Source: Piromyces finnis finn (taxonomy: Eukaryota; Fungi; Neocallimastigomycota). Taken from it: DNA of 64,000 bases. The stretch covers positions 186,001 through 250,000 of the forward strand of contig MCFH01000022.1 of assembly GCA_002104945.1 (NCBI GenBank), in the 5' to 3' direction. A program made the position numbers and the translations under genes. The notes beneath the pieces are model-generated. The model was not told the origin of the DNA, made no database searches, and saw only the letters and a program-made list of their open reading frames with translations. Shown here one piece after another: positions 1 to 9,524 of this stretch (within the stretch, counting starts at the first letter, position 1; the number at the start of each line of letters is the position of its first letter).

Positions 1-822
1 AGAATAAAGTATTACATGTAATATATTAATAATATAATTAAATAAGTAATAAGATTGTTTGTTTGTTTGTTTGTTTGTCATGACATAAAATAAAATAAAC
101 ATATGATTAATCATTTAAACAGTTGATCCTAATTAGTAATTATAAAAACTATTCAATTAATAATTTATCATTATTAATTGATATTACCATAACATATTTG
201 TTATAATTAAATAATTATTATTTTCAAAATTATTTCTAATAAAACTTGCCGTTAACCTATTTTATAATAATTAAGATTATTTAATTTATAGGTGTTAACT
301 GTTACACCTAAATGGGTCTAGTTCCATTTTTAGTAACAATCGTTATCATTAATTAAATTAATATAACTAAAATTCCTATTGATATATTTTTAATTTCATC
401 AAGTCATAAGAAATATTTATGATCCATACTTGATATCATATTGATTTTAATTTACCTAATAAAATCTTTAAATGATCATAACTTCCTTAAATGATCAGTT
501 AGAAGGACCGCGATTGTACCAAATTGTAGCTTTCTTCCTAAGCTTTCCAATAAACCTAGTTTCATCACCGTAGCACTTACAGCCGTAGCGATCGTTTTTG
601 GCGAGTTACACCTTATTTCGTACTTGCTTATTTTTGGTTAAGGGTTATAGTGTATTGATATTAAATTTTTGAAATCATAACCCTTTCACTGAATCAAAAT
701 TTAAAAGGTGACTTTTAAAAGTGTTTTAAAATAATTATTGAAATTATTTAATTATAATTATTATGTTTAATTAATTATAGATATTATCTGAATTTGTTTT
801 AAATCCAGTTAATATCTTCACA
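1..822. mobile_element. Partial copy (runs off window start) of a ~1-kb LTR-like repeat, family A
   Basis: Diverged direct repeat of ~7413-8106 with a ~120-bp indel; homology ends sharply at ...AATATCTTCACA in both copies. Confidence 0.6.
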
Positions 823-867
823 ATTTTTTCCATGTGTCCAAATTTTTTAAATTTTTATATATGTTAT

Positions 868-1273
868 TGTGACATCATAGAAATTAGTAACCTGTCTTAG
901 TGGTTAGTAACTAAGACCTTGGTTTGAACTACTCGAGTTCGAAACCTCATTAATATCTTTTTTTAATTATTAAAATATTTTATAACGAAATTTTACCAAA
1001 GAAGATAATTTCTGATTGGCTTAAAAAATTAAGTTGTAAAATTTTTATAAATTTACTTTTAAAAATTTTTATATAAATACGAGTGAAATTTCTCAAAAAA
1101 TTATTTTTAATTCGAGTTTTTATTAACAAAAAAATTTTATAATAAAAATAAAATTATTAAACACTAACCTGTTATAATTTTGTTAAGTGTTCAATAATAA
1201 AATTTTTATTTGCTTTTATTATTTTCCTTTTTATATATTTGTGTTTTTATTTATTGAACATTAGTTCTTTACA
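868..1273 (+). repeat. 5' LTR of the chromovirus (406 bp)
   Basis: Identical by eye to 6578-6985 except the first ~8 nt; TATAAATA at 1072-1079. Confidence 0.95.
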
Positions 1274-1283
1274 ATAAAAACTC
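1273..1283 (+). promoter_or_regulatory. Putative self-priming primer-binding site
   Basis: AATAAAAACTC is the exact reverse complement of GAGTTTTTATT at 1114-1124 inside the LTR; no tRNA-type TGG PBS follows the LTR. Confidence 0.7.
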
Positions 1284-1976
1284 CTAAAATATATAATAAC
1301 ACCTTAGTGTTTAAAAAAGGAAGAATTTTTAATTTATTAAAAAATTAAGTAAGTCAGTGAAGCTTATTTTAACAATAAGGGTACTGAAAACAAAAGTAAA
1401 ACCCACAGTTATTATAAGGGGAGCGCCAGGACGCTTAATTTAATAATAAAGAAAAAATTCATTTTCTAATAAAACGTTTTCTACTTTTAATAAATAAAAT
1501 TAAATTTTATTTATTATTTTTTGAAAAATATAATAAAATAACAAAGAAGTTAGGATTCAATAACTCCCTTAGCGTGGATAGTTGGACACCTATACGTAAT
1601 ACTTTGTTGTTTAGATATTATTAATAATCGGGGAATTAAACCTATTTTTTTCTTTCCGCTTAATTAAGTAAGTGACAATAAAGAAACTAATACCGTTAAT
1701 TCCTTTTATTGAAAATTTTCATTTCCAATATTAACAATTGATAATATCTACGTTATCAACAAAGAGCTACAAGGGACCTAGTATTGAATACTAATAAAAT
1801 TAAATATTTGATGGTCCAATACTATTTAATTTGACTCTTTGTCTATATTTAAAATATTTTAATCAATAAATAATAATAAAGATTTAATTTTTTTTTTTCC
1901 TTCTTAATTTCTTCAAACATAACTTTATCTTATTTACATAATTTTTATTTTCAAACAATTATATTTTTTAATTCTA

Positions 1977-4900
1977 ATGGAAGGACAAATATTTGATAAC
2001 GCCTTACTAAAAGACGGTTTCGCAGGAGACAGAAAATATCTCAAAGGTTTCTTAGCCAAAATAGAACTGGTTTTTCTCCTTTATCCCGAAAGATATCAAG
2101 ATGAAGAGAGCAAGGTTATCTACCTGATTTCTCGCCTTTATGGAAATGCATTAAATTGGGCCGCTACGCTTATTGACAACCATGATTCATGTCTGACCAA
2201 CTACCAAGCATTCAAGGAAAGACTAAAGGCGTTCTATGGGAACAATGATGCAGTCTACGTAGCCAATCAAATGCTACGTACTCTCAAGCAACATCGTTTG
2301 GGCGGCATCAGAGGATACATCCTTGAATTTAACAAATACTCTGATGAATCTAACTGGAATGAAGAGGCTAAGATGGATGCTTTTATCGCTGGGCTCAACC
2401 AAGAAGTTGCAATGAAGATATTAGAGATGTTCCCAGGACCAAGAGATTTGTTTTCCCTCCAAACTATTGCAGCTAGAATAGACTCCAGACTTGCTACCAG
2501 GGGATTATTTTTTGACAAAAATTCTAAGGGACCAAGTTCTAATTCCAGCAATGGCTCCAGAAAGGCTTCCACAAATCTAAACGAACATCCCAAGAAGAAA
2601 AGATACTTTGGTCCGTTATCCAAGGAAGAAAAAGAAAGAAGAAGTAAGGAAAACTTATGTGTCTATTGTGGATCTCCAGGACACCAACTGAAAGATTGTC
2701 ATAAGAGAAGAAATAAAAACTCAGCATTCGAATCTTTAGTTTCTCTACAAAATAATTCTACCAATTCCAAGAAAAATCAACAAGATAGGGTAACCTCAGA
2801 TTTTAAATTATCGTTTGAACTAGACACAAAAATTCTTATAGACTCCGGTTCTACACTTAATCTAATAGATGTCGACTATTGCAACGATCACAATATTCCC
2901 TACCACTATGAAGAAGATTTACCCAACGTATTCGGTATTGGTGGTAGCCAAAAACTGTTCGGAGTTACTCCACCTCTTAATCTTCGCTACATGGATCACC
3001 TATGCCGTACTGTCTTTTACGTTACTGATCTACCTGTATATCCTTGTATTCTAGGTCTACGTTGGCTTAAGGAACATAATCCAAGTATTGACTTTGAAAA
3101 TAATAAATTATCTTTTGGTTCTTCATATTGCTTGGATCATTGTATGACTCTCCCTTCGAATGTTCCCGAATTCCATAAGGAAACTTCTGTTTTTTCTACT
3201 GATTGCAATAACCCTTCTTCCGTTTCTTTGCCTATTTTTATTGACAAATCTAAATCTTCTTTTTCAAATTCTAAGTTATCTCATTCTCGTAATCCCAAAG
3301 AAAATCATTCTAAATCTGTCTTAATTAACAATGAATCTGTTAACGATCCTTTATCACAAGAGACTTGTACTGTCATGGCTTCTAATATATCTCTTTCTAA
3401 AGTTGACACTTATTCACCAAAAAACTCTCTTAAAGACTCAAATCCTATTACTAAACTTCCGAAGGAATTAGAATCATATATGGACGTCTTTAGCGAATCT
3501 TCTGCTGATCAATTACCACCTCATCGTCCTTATGATTGCCAAATAAACCTAATCGAAAATGCCAAGCTATTTTATGGACCAATCTACCCACTAACAGACG
3601 AAGAAACAAGAGTTTTGAAGGATTATATCGATGAAAACCTCAAAAAGGGTTTCATTAGGAAATCCAAATCTCCTGCTGGTGCGCCTGTACTTTTCGTTCC
3701 TAAAAAGAATGGTGAACTCCGTCTTTGTCAAGATTATAGGGAACTCAACAAAATTACCATTAGAGATTCCTATCCTCTACCTCTGATTCAAGATATGCTA
3801 GAGCATCTTGGTAAAGCGAAAATCTTCTCAAAATTGGATTTACGATCAGCATATAACTTGGTCCGAATCAAAAAGGGTGATGAATATAAAACAGCTTTCA
3901 CCTGCAAATTCGGCCACTTTGAATACCTGGTAATGCCATTCGGACTGAAAAACGCCCCGGCTGTTTTTCAGCATTTTATCAATGATGTTCTGGAAAATAT
4001 TCTAGGGATTTTTGTTTATTCATATATTGACGATTTAATTATTTTTTCTGAAAACCATAAATCCCACATTAAGCACGTTATCGAAGTCCTGGATCGCTTA
4101 AGAAATGCTGGTCTTTATGCTAAGCTTGAAAAGTGTGAATTCTTTGTTTCCTCTATTGATTTCCTTGGTCATCGTATATCCTCTGAAGGTATACATATGG
4201 ACCCCAATAAAGTTTCTGCTATTATTAATTGGCCAGTTCCGTCCAGTGTCAAGGAAGTTCAATCTTTTATTGGCCTAGCCAACTACTATCGTCGGTTTAT
4301 TCCTAATTTTGCCAAAGTTGCACAACCCCTTCACAGACTACTTCGTAAAAACGTTAAATTTGATTTTTCCTCTGAAGCTCTTGATGCATTTAATACCATT
4401 AAATCATTAATTTCATCTGCTCCCATCCTGTCTCATCCAAATCGTGATCTTCCCTTTATTGTTGAAACCGACTCTAGCAACTTTGCTATAGGAGCAGTTC
4501 TGTCTCAAAAATCTCCTGATGATAAAATGATCCATCCTGTCGCTTTCTATTCAAGATCTCTTACTTCCGCTGAAAGAAACTATCCTATATACGATAAAGA
4601 ACTTTTAGCTATTGTTAATGCTCTTGAGACTTGGCGACATTTTCTCAAAGGTGCTTTAACCCCGTTTACTATTTATTCAGATCATCGAAACTTACTATAT
4701 CAAAAGAAACCGGAAAAAATGTCACAACGTCTCGTTCGTTGGGCCCTTTTCCTTTCCGAATTTAACTTTAAAATTCTCTACCGCTCTGGTTCATCAAATG
4801 GTAAACCTGATGCGCTTTCACGAAGACCTGATTATATAGATTCCTCTCTTCCTTCTGATGCCCCTTTTTCGGTTTTACGCCCTGAGAATTTCTGCGCTTT

Positions 4901-6341
4901 GATTTGTTCCATTTCTTCTCTTAATGATGAAATATTATCTGAATATGTGAACGACTCTTTTTACATTGACATTTGCAATTTTCTTGAAAATAAGAATCTC
5001 CCAGCTCCACATCCACAAAGTAATAAATTCTCTCTTAGTAATAGTTTTCTTCTTTTTGATAATAGAATCTATGTCCCTTTAAAATGCCGTCCCTCCGTTT
5101 TGAAACTCTGTCATGATTCCCCCTCTGCCGGTCATTTTGGTATCCGCAAAACTATTTCTTTGATCTCTCGTGACTTTTGGTGGCCATCCATTTCTATTGA
5201 TGTTAAGAATTATATCCGATCTTGTGAGATTTGTTGCCGCTCCAAGCCTTCTCGTCATAAACCATATGGTTTACTTCAACCCCTTGAGATTAGTGACCAT
5301 CCTTGGGCTTCTATTTCTATGGATTTCATTACTGACCTCCCTCCTTCTGATGGATTTAACACTATTCTTGTTGTAGTTGACCGCCTTACTAAAATGTGCC
5401 ACCTCATTCCCTTTAAAGGTATTCCTTCTGCTTCTGATACTGCTTTTGCTTTTTTGAATTATATTTTCAAAATTCACGGTCTCCCCTCTGAAATTATTTC
5501 CGATAGAGGCGCGCAATTCACTTCGAAATTTTGGAAATCTATTTGCCAATCTTTGGACGTCAATGTTAAATATTCTTCACCATATCATCATCAATCCAAT
5601 GGCCAAACGGAGAGGGTAAACTCCGTTGTTGAACAATATTTAAGATGCTTTTCTAATTATAAAGGAACAAATTGGATCAACTTTCTTCCATTGGCAGAAT
5701 TCAGTTACAATAATGCTGTTCAAGACTCAACAAAATTCTCACCATTCTTCCTAAATTATGGTTATCACCCAAAATACTCTCCGGTAATTCCTGACCAAAC
5801 GAATGTTCCAAGAGCTGAAGAGTTTACAAGAGACTTTGAAGACCTAATGGAGAAACTAAAAGAAAACTTAAAGAAGGCCATCCAAGTTCAAAAGAAATAT
5901 GCCGACAAGTATAGACAAGAACCTCCGACATTCAAGACTGGTGACAAAGTATGGTTGGATAGCTCCTTGATAATTCATAAAGGAAATAAAAAATTTAATC
6001 CTAGGAAACTTGGCCCGTTTAGGATAATTAGTAAAATCTCTAATCTCACTTATAAATTAGAATTACCAAAATCGCTGAAGATTTACCCAATTGTTCATGT
6101 TTCAAACCTAGAACCGTATTATGAAGATAGTTTTGGAAGAATCAAAGATCCACCTCCACCTATAATAGTAAATGAAGAAGAAGAATACGAAGTAGAAGAA
6201 ATACTTGATAAAAGAAAGCATTATGGGAAGATTCAATATCTAATAAAATGGAAAGGTTATCCGCTTTCAGAAGCATCTTGGGAACCTGAAAGTAATTTAA
6301 ACTGCGATGAACTAATTAAAAACTTTAATAATTCACATTAG
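1977..6341 (+). CDS. gag-pol: Gag-Pol polyprotein, 1454 aa: capsid, CCHC knuckle, aspartic protease, RT, RNase H, integrase, chromodomain
   Basis: CVYCGSPGHQLKDC; LIDSGST; YIDD; ETDSSNFAIGAVL; HHCC and DDE integrase; GPF motif; C-terminal EEEYEVEEIL...KWKGY...WEP chromodomain. Confidence 0.97.
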   Translation: MEGQIFDNALLKDGFAGDRKYLKGFLAKIELVFLLYPERYQDEESKVIYLISRLYGNALNWAATLIDNHDSCLTNYQAFKERLKAFYGNNDAVYVANQMLRTLKQHRLGGIRGYILEFNKYSDESNWNEEAKMDAFIAGLNQEVAMKILEMFPGPRDLFSLQTIAARIDSRLATRGLFFDKNSKGPSSNSSNGSRKASTNLNEHPKKKRYFGPLSKEEKERRSKENLCVYCGSPGHQLKDCHKRRNKNSAFESLVSLQNNSTNSKKNQQDRVTSDFKLSFELDTKILIDSGSTLNLIDVDYCNDHNIPYHYEEDLPNVFGIGGSQKLFGVTPPLNLRYMDHLCRTVFYVTDLPVYPCILGLRWLKEHNPSIDFENNKLSFGSSYCLDHCMTLPSNVPEFHKETSVFSTDCNNPSSVSLPIFIDKSKSSFSNSKLSHSRNPKENHSKSVLINNESVNDPLSQETCTVMASNISLSKVDTYSPKNSLKDSNPITKLPKELESYMDVFSESSADQLPPHRPYDCQINLIENAKLFYGPIYPLTDEETRVLKDYIDENLKKGFIRKSKSPAGAPVLFVPKKNGELRLCQDYRELNKITIRDSYPLPLIQDMLEHLGKAKIFSKLDLRSAYNLVRIKKGDEYKTAFTCKFGHFEYLVMPFGLKNAPAVFQHFINDVLENILGIFVYSYIDDLIIFSENHKSHIKHVIEVLDRLRNAGLYAKLEKCEFFVSSIDFLGHRISSEGIHMDPNKVSAIINWPVPSSVKEVQSFIGLANYYRRFIPNFAKVAQPLHRLLRKNVKFDFSSEALDAFNTIKSLISSAPILSHPNRDLPFIVETDSSNFAIGAVLSQKSPDDKMIHPVAFYSRSLTSAERNYPIYDKELLAIVNALETWRHFLKGALTPFTIYSDHRNLLYQKKPEKMSQRLVRWALFLSEFNFKILYRSGSSNGKPDALSRRPDYIDSSLPSDAPFSVLRPENFCALICSISSLNDEILSEYVNDSFYIDICNFLENKNLPAPHPQSNKFSLSNSFLLFDNRIYVPLKCRPSVLKLCHDSPSAGHFGIRKTISLISRDFWWPSISIDVKNYIRSCEICCRSKPSRHKPYGLLQPLEISDHPWASISMDFITDLPPSDGFNTILVVVDRLTKMCHLIPFKGIPSASDTAFAFLNYIFKIHGLPSEIISDRGAQFTSKFWKSICQSLDVNVKYSSPYHHQSNGQTERVNSVVEQYLRCFSNYKGTNWINFLPLAEFSYNNAVQDSTKFSPFFLNYGYHPKYSPVIPDQTNVPRAEEFTRDFEDLMEKLKENLKKAIQVQKKYADKYRQEPPTFKTGDKVWLDSSLIIHKGNKKFNPRKLGPFRIISKISNLTYKLELPKSLKIYPIVHVSNLEPYYEDSFGRIKDPPPPIIVNEEEEYEVEEILDKRKHYGKIQYLIKWKGYPLSEASWEPESNLNCDELIKNFNNSH

Positions 6342-6565
6342 TAATAGTTATTAATTTAAAAAAAAAAAAAAAAAAAATTAGTAATTGATAAGAGAAAAAG
6401 AGAATAGAAAATAAAAAATGAAAAAATATATTTATAATTTAATATTCATGTAATTTAAAAAAAAAAAAAAAAAAAAAATTTCAAAATGTATTCACTCGTT
6501 TCAATTATTTCTCTTATAATAAAGTAACAAATAAATTTAGTTGATTCGTCTGGTATCCGAATCCT

Positions 6566-6577
6566 GGAGGAGGACCA
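6566..6577 (+). promoter_or_regulatory. Polypurine tract of the chromovirus
   Basis: GGAGGAGGACCA immediately before TGTAAC of the 3' LTR. Confidence 0.8.
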
Positions 6578-6985
6578 TGTAACGAATCATAGAAATTAGT
6601 AACCTGTCTTAGTGGTTAGTAACTAAGACCTTGGTTTGAACTACTCGAGTTCGAAACCTCATTAATATCTTTTTTTAATTATTAAAATATTTTATAACGA
6701 AATTTTACCAAAGAAGATAATTTCTGATTGGCTTAAAAAATTAAGTTGTAAAATTTTTATAAATTTACTTTTAAAAATTTTTATATAAATACGAGTGAAA
6801 TTTCTCAAAAAATTATTTTTAATTCGAGTTTTTATTAACAAAAAAATTTTATAATAAAAATAAAATTATTAAACACTAACCTGTTATAATTTTGTTAAGT
6901 GTTCAATAATAAAATTTTTATTTGCTTTTATTATTTTCCTTTTTATATATTTGTGTTTTTATTTATTGAACATTAGTTCTTTACA
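6578..6985 (+). repeat. 3' LTR of the chromovirus (408 bp)
   Basis: Direct repeat of 868-1273, followed by TSD GTTAT. Confidence 0.95.
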
Positions 6986-7105
6986 GTTATAATAAAACAT
7001 ATTAACTTATTAAAGTGTAAAATTATTTCTACTCTTATAATAAACTCGAACTTAAAGATAAGTATTAATATTTATTTTCTTTTTATTCTCAATTTATCAA
7101 TAAAT

Positions 7106-8106
7106 TGTATGTTAAGTTTTTGGATTTGGTTATGCGGCCAGGTCAGAATGTTATCAATTATATAGTAAATATGTTTTTTAAGAAATTAAATTTAAATATA
7201 AAATAACTCTTTAAACTTCCAAATGAAAAATTAATATTTATTCTTTAGAATAACTTTTTTTATAAAATTTTATTTATTTATTAATAATAATATAAATGAT
7301 AATATATTTAATAACTATATAATTAAGATTATAACTATAATCTTTACAAAGAATTAAAATCAAATTCAATTCATTCTATTTTATATTCTTTGTTCAGATT
7401 ATTAAATTGATAAAAATAAAGTATTACATGTAATATATTAATAACATAATAAGATTGTTTGTTTGTTTGTTTGTTTGTTTTGTCATGACATAAAATAAAA
7501 TAAACATATGATTAATCATTTAAACACTTGATCCATTAACCTATTTTATAATAATTAAAATTATTTAATTTATAAATGTTAACTGTTACACCTAAATGGT
7601 TTAGTTCTATTTTTAGTAACAGTCACTATCATTAATTAAATTAATATAATTAAAATTTCTATTGATATCTTTTTAATTTTCGTCAAGTCATAAGAAATGT
7701 CTATGATCCATACTTGATATCATATTAATTTTAATTTACTTATTAAAATCTTCAAATGACCATATCTTCCTTAAATGACCAGTTAGAAGGACCGCGATTA
7801 TACCAAAATATAGCTTTTCCCTTAAGCTTTCTAATAAACTTGGTTTCACAGCCGTAATACTTACAGCCGTAGCACTCGTTTTTGGCGAGTTATGCGTAGT
7901 TTCCTGTTTGTTTATTTTTGGTTAAGGGTTATAGTGTATTGATATTAAATTTTTGAAATCATAACCCTTTCACTGAATCAAAATTTAAAAGGTGACTTTT
8001 AAAGGTGTTTTAAAATAATCATTGAAATTATTTAATTATAATTATTGTGTTTAATTAATTATAGATATTATCTGAATTTGTTTTAAATCCAGTTAATATC
8101 TTCACA
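7106..8106. mobile_element. Putative solo LTR, family A (~1.0 kb)
   Basis: Starts TGTATGTTAAG, ends CTTCACA; 3' ~700 bp repeated at 1-822; no ORF. No TSD identified. Confidence 0.55.
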
Positions 8107-8107
8107 T

Positions 8108-8770
8108 TGTATGTTAAGGATTTCACTTCAGTTAGGTCGGAATATACATATTTACCCTAAGTCTATCAATTAATTAAATAAATGAATTAGTAAATTTTTA
8201 AATAAATAATATTTTATTAACTTTATTTATTAATAAATTTTTATTTAAAGAAAAATCTTTATTTATTAGTTATTATTATAATTAGAGTAAATATTAAAAG
8301 TAATGAACTCTCGAAATTCCTAATGATAGGAATTTTCTCGAGTATTTATACTATCTCTGATATTAAGGAATACATTTTAAATTTAATACATGACTAATTA
8401 TTTATATTAATTAACTATTCTATAAATTAATTACATATTAATTATATATGACTTTTCACTCGTGTTAAATTTAATAATTATAAAAGTCATATTATCAATC
8501 ATTTGTAGAAGGAATGATTATTTTATAATTTAGTTTTAATTTCCTTCTTAATCAAATGAACAAAGAGATATTAATTCAAACTTTAATAAATATAAAATCT
8601 TAATAATTATAATTAATTAATATCTCTTAAAATATTATTTAATTATGTTTTATAATAAAATATTTCTAATTAATTAAACGAATAAAACACTAATTAAATA
8701 AATAATCATGAATCCACTAATATTCATGACAGTGTTGTATACAAACCTGAACTTTAGAATATTTTACACA
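8108..8770. mobile_element. Putative LTR-like unit B
   Basis: Shares the first 11 nt (TGTATGTTAAG) with family A, ends ...TTTTACACA, contains several 8-10 bp hairpins; single copy in this window. Confidence 0.35.
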
Positions 8771-8886
8771 TGTAACGAATCTATAAAATAGTTAAATAGC
8801 TATATTGGTTCAATAGTCAAAACCAGAATTATCAATTTGAACATTCTGGGTTCGACTCAAATTTTATAAATAATTTTTATTATTAC
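8771..8886 (+). mobile_element. 5' fragment of an LTR (family C) related to the chromovirus LTR
   Basis: Begins TGTAACGAATCTATAAAAT versus TGTAACGAATCATAGAAAT at 6578; cut by the insertion at 8887. Confidence 0.6.
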
Positions 8887-9488
8887 TGTAATGCTGACAC
8901 AGAAAGAATAGATTAGGATATCTATTCTATTACAATAACACTAAATTTAAAATAAAATAAAAAATTGTTTTATTAAAAATATCTTTTATTATAATAGAAA
9001 TTTTATTAATAACAATTACATCGATAAAATGATGAAAAATATCTTCTATTTATATTTTTCCTAAATACATTTATATTATATTATAACTATTTATTTCTTA
9101 TATATTATTATTTAAAATCTACACTAAAATCTTAATTATTAATAAATATTTTAACTATAACTATTTTTAGTAAAATACAATTGGCAATTCAAATTAAGTA
9201 CTATTTAATTTGAATATGTGCCCATGTATTATTGATATATTAATCATTTATTATTTATCTATTTCTATAAAAAAACAATACTAAAACTAGGGATTTAAGT
9301 TGAGGATTTTAATTTACTTGTTAAACATTAAAAATAAATTAATAATTTATTTTGTTTTAAACTTTAATTATTAATAAATAAATTATGTCTCATTTTCTTT
9401 TTCTGAATAATTTGTGTAACTTAAACAATAATACTTGTGGCTTAAGTTACATTAAAGATATCAAGTTGAAGCGTTTGATATTTTTACA
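8887..9488 (-). repeat. 3' LTR of element E (602 bp)
   Basis: Inverted, moderately diverged copy of 9629-10244; preceded on the minus strand by a purine tract. Confidence 0.85.
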
Positions 9489-9524
9489 ATCTCTCTCTCT
9501 AAGTCGAGCTCCTGCGAGATTAAT

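Larger units (their letters stand above)
868..6985 (+). mobile_element. Full-length Ty3/gypsy chromovirus LTR retrotransposon (Tf1/sushi-like)
   Basis: LTRs 868-1273 and 6578-6985 (TGT...TTACA); 5-bp TSD GTTAT at 863-867 and 6986-6990; single uninterrupted gag-pol ORF; purine tract before the 3' LTR. Confidence 0.97.

Noticed and set aside
886-956. Calling the LTR cassette a true tRNA gene
   Set aside because: Acceptor, anticodon and T stems do not pair as a cloverleaf; only the promoter boxes and spacing are tRNA-like.
2267-5549. Short ORFs overlapping gag-pol on other frames or strand
   Set aside because: Shadow ORFs of the polyprotein with no motifs of their own.
6551-6564. TGGTATCCGA resembling a tRNA-Met PBS
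   Set aside because: It lies before the 3' LTR, not after the 5' LTR, and the match is short.
823-7105. Family-A copies as the two LTRs of one TRIM-like element with a 160-bp interior
   Set aside because: No PBS or PPT in the interior, and the copies differ substantially, including a ~120-bp indel.
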